A stretch of 64,000 bases of DNA from Minisyncoccia bacterium (lineage in GTDB: Bacteria; Patescibacteriota; Minisyncoccia; Phycocordibacterales; UBA918), in assembly GCA_046293175.1 (NCBI GenBank), contig JBKBPM010000001.1:4484-68483 (forward strand), read 5' to 3'. How positions within the stretch are numbered: the stretch's first letter is position 1; the number at the start of each line of letters is the position of its first letter. Both the position numbers and the translations under genes were made by a program. Below are positions 1-10,763 of this stretch, piece after piece. The notes beneath the pieces were generated by a model. The model was not told the DNA's origin. It did not search any database and worked only from the letters and a program-made list of their open reading frames with translations.

Positions 1-1139
1 AGTGTTGTAGACAGTAATTGTTTTGGTTGTCATAGCTTCTGTTGTGCGGTCTTTAAGTGCGGCAGCGATGTTGTTTTTTAATGTTGATGCTAGTTTGGTG
101 TCGGTGAGGATACTCGATAATGCACCAGCGAGCGCTGGGCTGTTGTCTCTTGGTACCAAGAGCCCACTTTTGCGATCGGAAACAATATCAGTAATCCCAC
201 CAACATTAGTGGCGACAATCGGTAGTTGAGCCAAACCTGCTTCATGAAGAACGTATCCATATGATTCTGATTTTGAAGCCAAGACAAATATATCAAACGC
301 TTTAAGGAAACGGGCTGCTTCGTGGAGGCTCCCAACCACAAAAATATGCTCAGACATACCACGGTCTTTGACCCATGCTTCCAGATTGTCTCGCAGTTGG
401 CCATCGCCGATACAGATGAGACGTAGGTTTGGATTAGTAGCAGTGAGGCTACGTACAGCTTCAAAAAGCACTTGGTGACGTTTGATCGGATGGAGTTCTG
501 CAACACAGACAAGCCATGGATCGTTTTGGTAGGGGAGAAGTACCGGGAAAAAATCGACAATCTTCTCACGAGCTTCGGCCCGTGAGAACATGACACCGAT
601 ACTGCGTCCAGGGTTAATCACAGACATTTTTTTATGTACTCCTGGCCAATTCATCTCTCGCATCATGCCAGATGAGACTGCGATAGTATGGTGTGAGAGA
701 ACGACGGAGGCATAATGGATACCTTTGATGAGGAAACGTTGCCAGAAGGGCCTGTCTTCATTAAAAGCCCACCCATGAGCGGTAAAAACAATACGTGGGA
801 CTAACGCCAAACGTCCAACCAAAGCTCCCATAGCGCCAGCCTTTGAACTATTAAGATGAAGCACGTCTGGTTTTTCGGTACGGAAAATGGTGTAGAGCTC
901 GCGCGCGAGAAAAAGCTCTTGTTTGACATGAACATCGCGCGCGAGGCTTTTGATAGTAATGGTACGAATACCTGCATGATGAAGCATCTCGACGAGCGTA
1001 CCATTACCACCAAGAGCGACCACAGGTTCAAATTCATTGCGATTGAGGGTGGTCGCAAGATCGTAGACGTAACGTTGCGCCCCACCCCAATTTGACTTGG
1101 TAATAAGGAACAGTATTTTTTTAGGTTGCGAGGCAGACA
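1..1139 (-). CDS. GT4-family glycosyltransferase (group 1), 5' end inside window, 3' end runs off window start
   Basis: Reverse-strand ATG at 1137-1139 (not in ORF track because no stop in window). Translation MSASQPKKILFLITKSNWGGAQRYVYDLATTL...VLHEAGLAQLPIVATNVGGITDIV shows GT4 N-domain and E-x7-E-type C-terminal region. Confidence 0.75.
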
Positions 1140-1314
1140 TATAGTTAGTTAGAACGGTTTTCCAGTCGAAGAATAAGTGATTCTATGAAGTAAAATAAGG
1201 CTATTATCGGTTTTATCGGCGTAATCATGGGGTATAACCAAGCATACCGCATTTTGGATACAGAAGCGACTAAGGCTTGCTAGTCTAGTATCCTCTGGTA
1301 CCATAGGAGCACTT

Positions 1315-2718
1315 ATGGGAGAACGTACTCGGGAGCTCACCATTCTCATTATTGGTGACAGTATTGCTTTTTTGAGTGCGCTTTGGCTGACGCTATTAGT
1401 GCGATATTTGGACTGGCCAGCTAGGGATTTGCTCGCAAGTCACTTTGGTCCATTTCTCCTCCTGTCTGGACTGTGGCTGTTTATTTTCTACATTGGCGGT
1501 CTTTACGACAAACACACCACCATTCTCAAAACGTTTTTGTTTAGTCGGATTTTAAACACACAGGTAGTCAATATCATCTTAGCGTTTTTCCTTTTTCTCA
1601 TTATTCCATTTGGTATTGCGCCAAAGACCAACCTGGTCATTTATCTCTTTATCTCAGTAGGGTTGATTACTTATTGGCGTATGTATCTGTATCCGCGCTT
1701 TGCGCCGATTGCCCACAAGCGCGCCATACTCTTGGCCGACGGGGACGAAGCGATTGAGCTCGTCGACGAAGTAAATAACAATGACCGCTACTCCTATTCC
1801 TTTGTGCGTTTGATTGATAGCCAAACGGCACTAAAAACACCAGATTTCAAAGAAAAACTACTTGCTCTCATTGAAAAAGAGCGGATTGATATTATTGTGG
1901 CCGACCCACATAGTCCCTATCTCGAACAAGTGTTGCCGGAGTTGTTTGATAAGGCGTTTATAGATTTTGATTTTACCTTCCTCGATTTCTATAAAGTGTA
2001 TGAAGACACGTTTGATCGTGTGCCACTCTCGGCGTTGCGATACGATTGGTTTTTAGCGCATGTCTCACAATCACGGAGTCTCGTGTATGATGTATCAAAA
2101 CGTCTCATTGATCTGGTGACCTGTCTTATTCTAGGAATTGGTTTTCTTATCCTCTTGCCCTTTGTGTATCTTGCCATGCGCATTGAAGGTCCCGGCCCGT
2201 TCTTCATTACCCAAGACAGAATTGGGCAATACAATCGACCAGTGAAGGTGCATAAAATTCGCACCATGACGAAAAATCTCGCTGGTAGTGGTACCTGGAC
2301 CGGGGAAGATGCTAAGCAAAATAATGTGGTGACAAAAGTCGGGGCGATTTTGCGCAAGCTCAGTATTGACGAGATTCCACAGATTTGGGCAATCATCCGT
2401 GGCGATATGTCACTCATTGGTCCGCGTAATGATACCGCTGGTCTTGGTGAGCGTCTCGCGAGTGAAATCCCATACTACAAAATCCGCTACTTCGTAAAGC
2501 CGGGAGTGACCGGTTGGGCGCAGACCAATCAGCGCTATATTCCAGGGAATATCAGTCCGCAATCAATTGAGGAATCTCGGATTCGCTTTTCTTATGACTT
2601 GTACTACCTCAAGAACCGATCATTCTGGCTTGATATGGCGATTTTCCTCCGGACGATTAAGACGGTTTTGTCGCGGTTTGGAGTGTCCGTATATTTTCCA
2701 CGTAATAAATTTAAATAA
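1315..2718 (+). CDS. Polyprenyl-phosphate sugar phosphotransferase (bacterial sugar transferase, WbaP/WcaJ/EpsB-like)
   Basis: N-terminal TM segments; C-terminal catalytic region PFFITQDRIGQYNRPVKVHKIRTM ... DEIPQIWAIIRGDMSLIGPR ... KPGVTGWAQ typical of Bac_transf family. Confidence 0.85.
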   Translation: MGERTRELTILIIGDSIAFLSALWLTLLVRYLDWPARDLLASHFGPFLLLSGLWLFIFYIGGLYDKHTTILKTFLFSRILNTQVVNIILAFFLFLIIPFGIAPKTNLVIYLFISVGLITYWRMYLYPRFAPIAHKRAILLADGDEAIELVDEVNNNDRYSYSFVRLIDSQTALKTPDFKEKLLALIEKERIDIIVADPHSPYLEQVLPELFDKAFIDFDFTFLDFYKVYEDTFDRVPLSALRYDWFLAHVSQSRSLVYDVSKRLIDLVTCLILGIGFLILLPFVYLAMRIEGPGPFFITQDRIGQYNRPVKVHKIRTMTKNLAGSGTWTGEDAKQNNVVTKVGAILRKLSIDEIPQIWAIIRGDMSLIGPRNDTAGLGERLASEIPYYKIRYFVKPGVTGWAQTNQRYIPGNISPQSIEESRIRFSYDLYYLKNRSFWLDMAIFLRTIKTVLSRFGVSVYFPRNKFK

Positions 2719-2913
2719 TAGTAGGTGGCTCAATAAACAGAGTTGGAAATGGCACCAAAAAAACGCCCGCGGAAGGCGCATTTTGGTGGGTGGACCAAAA
2801 TTAATTATAGTCGCTACGCTCATTAATTTCGGCCACATTCGCCATTGTTGGGCTAAAGCTCTTTGTGGCTCATGTTACTTTTCTTTATCTTCTAATGTTA
2901 TACTCTTGAACAT

Positions 2914-3993
2914 ATGAAACAAACGGTTTTTATTGTTGGTGGTGCTGGGTACATCGGTGAGATGCTCTGTGATCAGATGAGTAAGCGTGACGATGTTGCA
3001 GCGATTGTAGCGTTGGACAAAGAGCCGCAGTCAGAGTTTTCAAAATCAATTCCCAAAGTTACCTATATACAGCACAACATGGCTGATGACGGCTGGCAGG
3101 AACAAGTAGCAGCTCATAACCCGACTACGGTCGTACATACTGCATGGCAGATTCGTGCTATGTACGGTCAGGCACAAGAAGAGTGGCGTTGGAATGTCGA
3201 AGGATCTGACAAAATCTTCCAGTTCGCGATGACGACCGACTCGGTAGAAAAGCTCATTTATTTTTCTACCGCTTCTTCATACAGTGCACGCTCTAACAAC
3301 ACGATCGAGCATCGATTTACTGAACTCGAAGGGTTTCGTGATGACGACTACATTTATGCCAAAGAAAAGAAGGTTACCGAAGAGCGTCTTAAGACCTTGT
3401 TTGATGAGCGCAAGGCAGCGGGGAAGCCAGTGCCGCAGGTCTTTGTGGTACGACCAGCGGCAATTACTGGTCCACGTGGTCGCTATATGCGCAACCGTTT
3501 TGGTCTCCAGTCTGCGCTCCAAGGTAACCTCAAGGGAGGCTTTGCGTATAAGCTCGTAACGTCACTCACCGCGTTTGTGCCAGCCACGAAGCTTTGGGCA
3601 CGTCAGTTCATCCATGAAGATGATGTGAATGATATCGTGATGAAGTTCACCTTCGAACCATTCAGTCAGGATTATGTGGTGTTCAACATTACACCTGACA
3701 GCGAACCGGTATTAGCCAAAGATATGGCTGCAGCAGTTGGGAAGCGTATCTTGCCTATACATCCCTGGATGGCCCGGATTGCCTTCTTTTTCTTTTGGCA
3801 CGCAACACGGGGTAAGGTACCAACTTGTCCCGGATCATGGCGGTTCTACTCGTATCCGGTGGTGATGAGTGGCGCCAAGCTCGCGACGGTGTACGAGTGT
3901 AAGTACACCAGTAAAGATGCGTTTCAGTACACTGACGGTCGGTACGAATCATACGTGCCTGAGACGCTCCGTCGCCCGAAGCCAAAACAGTAG
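2914..3993 (+). CDS. NAD-dependent epimerase/dehydratase family protein (SDR)
   Basis: Rossmann GxxGxxG (VFIVGGAGYIGEM) near N-terminus, YxxxK (YIYAKEK). Confidence 0.65.
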   Translation: MKQTVFIVGGAGYIGEMLCDQMSKRDDVAAIVALDKEPQSEFSKSIPKVTYIQHNMADDGWQEQVAAHNPTTVVHTAWQIRAMYGQAQEEWRWNVEGSDKIFQFAMTTDSVEKLIYFSTASSYSARSNNTIEHRFTELEGFRDDDYIYAKEKKVTEERLKTLFDERKAAGKPVPQVFVVRPAAITGPRGRYMRNRFGLQSALQGNLKGGFAYKLVTSLTAFVPATKLWARQFIHEDDVNDIVMKFTFEPFSQDYVVFNITPDSEPVLAKDMAAAVGKRILPIHPWMARIAFFFFWHATRGKVPTCPGSWRFYSYPVVMSGAKLATVYECKYTSKDAFQYTDGRYESYVPETLRRPKPKQ

Positions 3994-3996
3994 GTT

Positions 3997-4359
3997 ATGC
4001 GGAAAATTGTCACTGCAGCTTTTTGTTCTGTGGCAAATCAACCGTGGTGGGTGAGGTTGGGTATGGTGGGGACCCATATCGGTTGGATTGGTGCCGCCTA
4101 CCTCGCGTATCATGCCAATGATATGCCGCTTATGTTAATTGCGATTGGCACGATACTATTCTCGTGTACGTTTCACCTGACCGGACGTCGTGGTTTTGAG
4201 ATTATCGACACTGCCTACGCGGCTCTTTATATAGGCCTTGGCCCGTTGCTCCTTAGTGTAGCTGGCGCATCTCTGAAAGAATGGTTGTTTGGTGGTGTTG
4301 TGACACTTGCTGCGCTCTTTTATCTATACGATATCGACCCATCGCCGATTGAGTGGTAA
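3997..4359 (+). CDS. Small integral membrane protein, unknown function
   Basis: 120-aa ORF with 3-4 hydrophobic helices immediately after epimerase gene. Confidence 0.35.
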   Translation: MRKIVTAAFCSVANQPWWVRLGMVGTHIGWIGAAYLAYHANDMPLMLIAIGTILFSCTFHLTGRRGFEIIDTAYAALYIGLGPLLLSVAGASLKEWLFGGVVTLAALFYLYDIDPSPIEW

Positions 4360-4482
4360 ATGTCTGGCGTATGTACAGTGGCACGCTCTCTGGCATATCA
4401 CCGCTTCACTCTTAACATTGCTTATCTACGGTATCTATTTAGATTATTGGCGCTTTTAAGTTGGTGTCAGGTCTCGCTGTAA

Positions 4483-5301
4483 TTGTGGTATACTCACCTC
4501 CATATGATTATTGATGGACGAGCATTGGCGGGTGCAATCGTATCAGATTTACGAAAAGAAACCGCCGCTATGGCAGGATTGCCGCTCCTCACTGTTTTTA
4601 CCTGTGCACCAAATTTTGAAACGAAGAAGTTTCTTGATCTCAAAACGAAGCGAGCAGCAGAGGCTGGTATCTCGGTCAGTGTGATTGAACTTCCGCCAAA
4701 CGTTACGTTGGCTCAGGTGAACACCGCCATCAATCAAAGTCGAACTATTAGTGACGGTATCATTATCCAGTTTCCGTTTCCACACCTCACTACCAAAGAC
4801 CTCATTGATTTACTACCAACCGAGCTCGATGTTGATGTTACGAATTATGATGGACAAGCCAAGGGATTATTGCCGCCAGTGGTAGGGGCGATTGCAGAAA
4901 TCAGCCAAGCTCATACTATTGATTGGGTTGGGAAGTCGGTGGTGGTGGTGGGTAATGGGCGCCTGGTGGGCGCGCCTGCGGCTGCCTATGCTGTAACCCA
5001 AGGAGCGACGGTGACCGTGGTCACCAAAGACTCCAATAATCTTTCAGTGACTCATGACGCTGATATTATTATTCTCGGTGCTGGTTCGCCGGGACTCCTC
5101 ACACCAGAGATGGTGAAAGACGGAGTTGTGGTATTTGATGCGGGAACTTCCGAAGAGGGAGGTATGCTCGTGGGCGATGCCCATCCTCTTGTGGCGAACA
5201 AAGCCAGTCTATTCACCCCAGTCCCTGGAGGAATAGGTCCGTTAACCATTGCCATACTCCTCAAAAACGTGCTCTATTTGGCCAAACAGCATAGAAAATA
5301 A
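4483..5301 (+). CDS. folD: Bifunctional methylene-THF dehydrogenase / methenyl-THF cyclohydrolase FolD (start possibly ATG 4504, MIIDGR)
   Basis: MIIDGRALA...; VVVGNGRLVGAPAA NADP-binding loop; TPVPGGIGPLTIAILLKN C-terminal motif. Confidence 0.85.
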   Translation: MWYTHLHMIIDGRALAGAIVSDLRKETAAMAGLPLLTVFTCAPNFETKKFLDLKTKRAAEAGISVSVIELPPNVTLAQVNTAINQSRTISDGIIIQFPFPHLTTKDLIDLLPTELDVDVTNYDGQAKGLLPPVVGAIAEISQAHTIDWVGKSVVVVGNGRLVGAPAAAYAVTQGATVTVVTKDSNNLSVTHDADIIILGAGSPGLLTPEMVKDGVVVFDAGTSEEGGMLVGDAHPLVANKASLFTPVPGGIGPLTIAILLKNVLYLAKQHRK

Positions 5302-5347
5302 AGCGCTTTTATGGTATAACAGCCATATTATTTTGTAAGGTTCAGGT

Positions 5348-6805
5348 ATGGGCTCAAAAACAGACGCCAAAGACACTTCACCACAGGTGGAGGCTTTCAT
5401 TAGAATTTTTCGCGCAGTTGTTGTGTTGGCGCTTGGTGTGCTTATTGGCTATTTCGTCTGGTACAACGCGACCACGCCCGATGCCAAGTTCCCCTTTAAG
5501 CTCGGGCTCGATCTCGCAGGTGGTAGTCACCTCGTTTATGAAGCGGACGTGAGTAAAATTGATCCCGCTGAAGTGCCAGAGCTCATGGCAGTGTTGCGCG
5601 ATGTGATTGAACGTCGTATCAACGTCTTTGGTGTTTCAGAACCAATTATCCAGGTCGAAGAAAGTAGTTTTGCGGCCGAAGAGAAGCGTCACCGTCTTGT
5701 GGTTGAACTCCCGGGAGTCACCGATGTGGAAGCAGCGGTTACTGAAATTGGCCGTACACCACTCCTTGAATTTAAGCTCATGAATGCAGAGAAGGTAATT
5801 GCGGCTGAACAAGCCGAGAACCTTCGCCGCAGTGCTTCTGGAACCGGTGCCATCATTGGTAATGTTTCAGTAAATGGAGAATCGGTTGATTCATTAGACC
5901 CATACACCGATACTGGTCTCACTGGACGATACCTTGCCAGTGCTGCTCTGGAATTCGCTGGGGGACAGTCTGGACAGCTAGCAAACGAACCGTTAGTCGC
6001 TATTACGTTCACGGACGAAGGGGGTAAGTTATTTGAAGAAATCACCCGTAATAATGTTGGGCAGCAGCTCGCGATTTTCCTTGATGGTGAAATCATTTCG
6101 GCTCCCCGCATTAATGAAGCCATCTCTGGTGGTCGAGCCACCATTTCAGGCGGCTTTACTCCAGATGAGGCCCGAGAACTCGCGCAGAACCTCAACTTTG
6201 GTGCGCTTCCCGTACCAATTAATCTTGAAAGTACACAAACCATCGGCGCTTCACTCGGAGCTGAGGTGCTCGAAAAAGGGGTAACGGCCGGTATTGTTGG
6301 TCTCGGGATCGTCATACTCTTTATGGTGTTGTGGTACCGCGTACCTGGACTCATTGCCGGTCTTGCCTTGCTGCTCTATGTGACCATTATGCTGTCTCTC
6401 TTTATGCTCATTCCTGTCACTCTGACGGCAGCGGGTCTTGCTGGTTTTATTTTGTCACTGGGTATGGCGGTGGATGCAAACGTACTAGTCTTTGAACGTA
6501 TGAAAGAAGAAATGCGCGCTGGACGAAGTAGTCGAGCCGGTGCCGAAGAAGGTTTTCGTCGAGCGTGGAGTGCGATTCGAGACGGAAACGCCACCAGTAT
6601 TCTTTCGGCTATTGTATTGTTTTGGTTTGGTACCTCCATTGTTAAAGGCTTCGCCCTGGTGTTTGGTATCGGCGTGATTGTATCAATGATAAGTGCGATT
6701 GTACTCACTCGTACTTTGCTTATGGCATTGCCGGATTATCAGTTGTCACACAGTAGGTTTATTCGCTTCGTCTACGGCAGTGGATTTAATCGTTCAAATA
6801 ATTAA
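5348..6805 (+). CDS. secD: Protein translocase subunit SecD
   Basis: LGLDLAGGSHLVYEAD signature, periplasmic domain, C-terminal 6-TM bundle. Confidence 0.9.
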   Translation: MGSKTDAKDTSPQVEAFIRIFRAVVVLALGVLIGYFVWYNATTPDAKFPFKLGLDLAGGSHLVYEADVSKIDPAEVPELMAVLRDVIERRINVFGVSEPIIQVEESSFAAEEKRHRLVVELPGVTDVEAAVTEIGRTPLLEFKLMNAEKVIAAEQAENLRRSASGTGAIIGNVSVNGESVDSLDPYTDTGLTGRYLASAALEFAGGQSGQLANEPLVAITFTDEGGKLFEEITRNNVGQQLAIFLDGEIISAPRINEAISGGRATISGGFTPDEARELAQNLNFGALPVPINLESTQTIGASLGAEVLEKGVTAGIVGLGIVILFMVLWYRVPGLIAGLALLLYVTIMLSLFMLIPVTLTAAGLAGFILSLGMAVDANVLVFERMKEEMRAGRSSRAGAEEGFRRAWSAIRDGNATSILSAIVLFWFGTSIVKGFALVFGIGVIVSMISAIVLTRTLLMALPDYQLSHSRFIRFVYGSGFNRSNN

Positions 6806-6811
6806 TCCGGT

Positions 6812-7789
6812 ATGTTTTCAGTTATCTACAAAAAATACTTTCTTGCGGCGACTGTCGTGATCTTTGCGGTATCGCTTGGAATCATCGCGGTGTTCGGATT
6901 ACAGTATAGTATCGACTTTACCGGAGGCGCCCTCACGGAAGTGAGTTACGATGTGGTACCCACCAAGGCTGAACTAGAAAGCGCCCTTACGCCACTTAAT
7001 CTCGGTGGTGTCTCGGTGCGCGAAACCACATTAGGTGACCGAGGTGAAGGGTATTTCATTCGTACTCGTGACCTCTCAGAAGAAGAACGTACTACGCTCG
7101 AAGAAACTATTCTAGCGGTAGGAGAAGGAGGAAATATTGAGCGTTTTACCACCGTTGGACCAACTATTGGAGCCGAGCTTTCGAGCAAGGCGGTGTGGGC
7201 GCTTGGGTTTGTATCACTCATTATTATTCTCTATGTTGCGTATGCCTTTGCGGGTATCGGCAAGCCAGTGAGTGCCTGGATTTATGGGCTTATTACAATT
7301 TTTGTGCTCTTTCACGACGTGCTCGTACCGACAGCGATGATGAGTCTGCTTGGTCACTTTGTGGGCGCTGAAATTGATGTCCTCTTTGTGATGGCGGTCC
7401 TCGCTGTCCTTGGGTACTCGGTCAACGACACGATTGTTGTATTTGACCGGGTCCGTGAAAATCTAAAATTAAATCGAACGGAAAGACGGACCAAAATCAA
7501 AGAGCCAGGTGGTATTGAACTAGAGCATGTTGAGTATACCTTGACCAAGCCGTTTAATGACATTATTGGTCCCGCTGTTACCGAGACCCTTGGTCGGTCG
7601 ATTAATACCTCGTTCACTACACTGCTCGCCCTCATTGCGCTGTACTTTTTTGGTGGGGAATTAACTAAAAATTTTGCACTGGTGTTGATGGCTGGTGTGG
7701 TAGCGGGAACCTACTCGTCTATTTGTATGGCGGTACCACTTTTGGCAGCGTATGCTAAGTGGCAGGCAAAGCGTGAGATTAGTAAGTAG
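6812..7789 (+). CDS. secF: Protein translocase subunit SecF
   Basis: Immediately downstream of secD; SIDFTGGALTEV motif and SecF-type TM bundle. Confidence 0.9.
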   Translation: MFSVIYKKYFLAATVVIFAVSLGIIAVFGLQYSIDFTGGALTEVSYDVVPTKAELESALTPLNLGGVSVRETTLGDRGEGYFIRTRDLSEEERTTLEETILAVGEGGNIERFTTVGPTIGAELSSKAVWALGFVSLIIILYVAYAFAGIGKPVSAWIYGLITIFVLFHDVLVPTAMMSLLGHFVGAEIDVLFVMAVLAVLGYSVNDTIVVFDRVRENLKLNRTERRTKIKEPGGIELEHVEYTLTKPFNDIIGPAVTETLGRSINTSFTTLLALIALYFFGGELTKNFALVLMAGVVAGTYSSICMAVPLLAAYAKWQAKREISK

Positions 7790-7792
7790 TCT

Positions 7793-8344
7793 ATGATTAT
7801 TGGTATTGCCGGAACCGACGGATCTGGAAAAGGCACGGTCGTTGATCATCTCGTTAAAAATTATGGCTTTGCGCATTACTCCAGCCGAGCGATTATTCTT
7901 GAACACATAAACGCTTTTGGATTGCCTGACACTCGAGCTCAGATGCGGCTCTCCGCTAATGAGCTACGTGCAAAGCATGGAAATGATTTTTTGGTGACAC
8001 AAGCACTTAAACGCATGCAGCGTGATGGTGTACATAATGCGATTATCGAATCAATTCGAGCTACCGCTGAAGCAAATACACTAAAATCTCACGGAGGAAT
8101 CCTGCTCGCTGTTGATGCCAATCAAGAACTTCGTTATGAGCGTGTACAAGCTAGACGTTCAGAAACAGACCGAGTCTCATTTGAGCAATTTGTTGCACAT
8201 GAAGAGCTTGAAAAGAATGATCCCGACCCTCATGGTATGCAAAAAGGGAAAGTGATTGAAATGGCCGATTACACCATCATGAACGATGGTACCATAGAGG
8301 AGTTGCATCAGGCGGTTGATGCGTTTATGCAAAAATATCTCTAA
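7793..8344 (+). CDS. P-loop nucleotide/nucleoside kinase family protein (exact substrate unclear)
   Basis: Walker A IGIAGTDGSGKGTV at N-terminus, 183 aa, kinase-like size. Confidence 0.5.
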   Translation: MIIGIAGTDGSGKGTVVDHLVKNYGFAHYSSRAIILEHINAFGLPDTRAQMRLSANELRAKHGNDFLVTQALKRMQRDGVHNAIIESIRATAEANTLKSHGGILLAVDANQELRYERVQARRSETDRVSFEQFVAHEELEKNDPDPHGMQKGKVIEMADYTIMNDGTIEELHQAVDAFMQKYL

Positions 8345-8349
8345 TAATA

Positions 8350-8390
8350 AAAAAGACCGGCACCTAGAGGTGCCGGTCTTCAGTATTTTT
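8350..8390. terminator. Bidirectional rho-independent terminator between convergent genes
   Basis: aaaaagaccggcacctagaggtgccggtcttcagtatttttg; 9-bp GC-rich stem flanked by A-run and T-run. Confidence 0.7.
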
Positions 8391-8396
8391 GACCTC

Positions 8397-9095
8397 TTAA
8401 TTATGAATCCTGGTGCCGATAAACGGACGTCCGGCCAAGTAATCCTCAAGGCTTGATAGCTTCAGGCCATTAAGCTGCGCGACTTCAATATTATCGCGCT
8501 CGGCCACCTTCGCAGCCACGGGGTCAAATGGAGCAGAGAGACCAGGTGCCCAATCTTCAGGGATGAGTTTGCGGAAGTCAGCCCAGGTGATGTCTTCGAT
8601 CTTCTGCGCGTCTGGATTCGTGTGTGGGTTGTCCGTGTACACGTAGTCAGTGTTCGAGAGGTTGATGACGGTCTTCGCACCAATCTTCTCCGCAATCTGG
8701 ACGGCGCGGAGGTCAGTGGAGCAGCCAGGACGATATCCAGCCGCAATAATGACGCGGTACTGCGGAGGCACATCAAGGACCTCGTCAGGGTTCTTGATCA
8801 TAATGTGGTAGGCAATATCACGAAAGATAGTTCGCAAAAGGTGGCCATTAAGGTGAGTCGAGTGAATGCCAAGCCAATCAAGGTCATCTCGGGTCAGGTC
8901 AGTCACGTCACCGGCTGCGTCTTGGTAGCGTCTCGCCGTCTTGCCACCGCCGGCGATGATAATAAAACGACGACCACTTTGGGTCGCTTCATTGGTGACT
9001 AAGGATTTGAGGGTCTTCAAAAAGGTGGTGTCAATCTGATCAGGGACAATCAGTGATCCGCCAACTGACATAACAATGGTTTCTGTGGTAGTCAT
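8397..9095 (-). CDS. Amino-acid-kinase-fold protein, UMP kinase (PyrH)-like; start taken at MTTTET rather than upstream ORF-track start
   Basis: IVMSVGGSLIVPD ... FIIIAGGGKTARRY ... VIIAAGYRPGCSTD pattern of the aspartokinase/UMP-kinase fold. Confidence 0.55.
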   Translation of the reverse strand: MTTTETIVMSVGGSLIVPDQIDTTFLKTLKSLVTNEATQSGRRFIIIAGGGKTARRYQDAAGDVTDLTRDDLDWLGIHSTHLNGHLLRTIFRDIAYHIMIKNPDEVLDVPPQYRVIIAAGYRPGCSTDLRAVQIAEKIGAKTVINLSNTDYVYTDNPHTNPDAQKIEDITWADFRKLIPEDWAPGLSAPFDPVAAKVAERDNIEVAQLNGLKLSSLEDYLAGRPFIGTRIHN

Positions 9096-9160
9096 AACGA
9101 CTTCATTGTACGTGAGTAGGGTAACTTGTAAACAAATATGAAGTGGTACAATAGGGACAT

Positions 9161-10129
9161 ATGGAAAATGAACCACAACAAATTGAAACGTCAACGCAAC
9201 CGGCAATGGCTGCCACCAAGCCTGTCATTACCTCGGGGCGTCAATTGCTCCGGCAATCACTTGGATTTACCTTCACTAACTTTTGGCCACTTTTTGCTAT
9301 TTCACTACTCTCAGGACTAGTAGCGCTCCCGAGTCTTATTTTGGCTTTATATCTCGATACCCAGCTCGATTCGTCACTGGCGGTACAATATGGTCTTGCC
9401 ATCCTCGTGACCGTACTTGGTCTTGTCGGATCAATTGCATCTATGACCATGGCGACCCGCGCCACCATGCACGCCGGGGAATGGCGGTTGTCGGCTATTC
9501 TCGGGAGCCTAGGTCAGCTCTGGTGGCCACTGTCGCTCACGATCTTTTTTGCCTACGCAGTGATGGGGGCTGGGTTTATTTTCTTTATCATCCCGGGCAT
9601 CGCTTTTACTGTCTTTCTCTTGCCAATTATGTGGGTAGTGGCAGTGGAAGGGCTCCGTGGCAAGGCAGCCTTGGTTCGTTCGATTACGCTGGTGTCTCAG
9701 TACTGGTGGACGGTCTTTGGTCGGCTCTGCTTCCTCGGCCTCGTGTGTCTCTTGGCTTTTGTGGCAGGACTTCTTGCTGTGGTGGTCTTTTCGCCAGCTG
9801 CCTTTTTCCTTTATATGATTAATGAAACGTTTGCCCTTATTGTCTCTGTATCGGGAGCAGTAGCTGTTTATCTTGTGACAGCTACCTTTGCAACGTTTGT
9901 GATGATGCGGTATTCGCTCTTGCTCTACGAAGATTTGGTGCAGGCGACGACGGTCGAGAAAACTCCTAGCCGGTGGAGTGGCTGGCCACTGTCGGTTTTC
10001 TTGGTTATCGGTTCGCTCCTTGGTGTGCTGTACTTGCTGGCACTTCCGTACCTAACGCTAGAGGATATGCGTGAAAATACCGATGAGCCACTCCCATGGG
10101 AAGCAAGTCTCGAAGAGTTTTTTAACTAA
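9161..10129 (+). CDS. Polytopic membrane protein, unknown function
   Basis: 322 aa with at least 6 hydrophobic helices; no recognised catalytic motif. Confidence 0.4.
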   Translation: MENEPQQIETSTQPAMAATKPVITSGRQLLRQSLGFTFTNFWPLFAISLLSGLVALPSLILALYLDTQLDSSLAVQYGLAILVTVLGLVGSIASMTMATRATMHAGEWRLSAILGSLGQLWWPLSLTIFFAYAVMGAGFIFFIIPGIAFTVFLLPIMWVVAVEGLRGKAALVRSITLVSQYWWTVFGRLCFLGLVCLLAFVAGLLAVVVFSPAAFFLYMINETFALIVSVSGAVAVYLVTATFATFVMMRYSLLLYEDLVQATTVEKTPSRWSGWPLSVFLVIGSLLGVLYLLALPYLTLEDMRENTDEPLPWEASLEEFFN

Positions 10130-10141
10130 AGAACAGACACA

Positions 10142-10180
10142 GTAAAAGACCATCTTACTCGTGAGGTGGTCTTTTATGAG
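10142..10180. terminator. Hairpin terminator between convergent genes
   Basis: aaagaccatcttactcgtgaggtggtcttttatg. Confidence 0.5.
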
Positions 10181-10187
10181 CAGAGAG

Positions 10188-10763
10188 CTATTTTGTAGTA
10201 ACGCGCACTCCCCAGGGGGTGGTGGTCAGAGGGTTGCGGTACCGGCGGCAGACAGGGAAGAGACAGAAGGCTAATATCACGATGATAATAGAGCGCCAGA
10301 ACTGAAACCCAATCCACCACTCATCCGTCATCGTGTGCCGCACAATTTCGTTTGTGATACCAGCTACCAGAAAGATACTAAACCAGAACCAGGTCATGAC
10401 CTGCCAGCCAGCCGGAAGGAGATCAAAGGATTGGCCAAACAGGCGTTCGAGCAAGGGTTTTGACCACGTCCGACTGCGGTAGAGGACGGCGGCACCAAGG
10501 AGGAAATAAACCGTATCTGAGAAAATAATGATATCGGGGGTGTTGCCAAAGAACGTGAGCAATCCCGACACAATCACAAAAAAGCCAAAAATGAGGGATA
10601 GTGCCGGTAGTCGCTTCTGGTAGAGGAGCATCACAGCCACGACCGCAATGGTGACGTATACATAGAGGAGAGTCGAGGTGATGAAATCGTAGTGGTAACT
10701 GGCGACGTAGAACACGACCATTGGCACACATTCGAGCAAAAAGAGGAGAGTTGTCTTCACCAT
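10188..10763 (-). CDS. YciB/IspZ-like inner-membrane (intracellular septation protein A family) protein; start placed at MVKTTLL
   Basis: 5-TM layout and LLERLFGQSFDLLPAGWQVMTWFWFSIFLVAGITNEIV segment resembling YciB core. Confidence 0.45.
   Translation of the reverse strand: MVKTTLLFLLECVPMVVFYVASYHYDFITSTLLYVYVTIAVVAVMLLYQKRLPALSLIFGFFVIVSGLLTFFGNTPDIIIFSDTVYFLLGAAVLYRSRTWSKPLLERLFGQSFDLLPAGWQVMTWFWFSIFLVAGITNEIVRHTMTDEWWIGFQFWRSIIIVILAFCLFPVCRRYRNPLTTTPWGVRVTTK

Noticed and set aside
90-596. 168-aa minus-strand ORF from the ORF track at the left edge
   Set aside because: It is the wrong frame. The real minus-strand gene here is a GT4 glycosyltransferase starting at 1139 and running off the window edge. 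It is absent from the ORF track because it has no in-window stop.
5689-6354. 221-aa antisense ORF inside secD (and similar antisense ORFs inside secF, T4CP-like, GT and epimerase genes)
   Set aside because: These ORFs are embedded opposite well-supported conserved genes. They have Arg/Ser/Pro-rich low-complexity translations typical of antisense frames of GC-biased codons.
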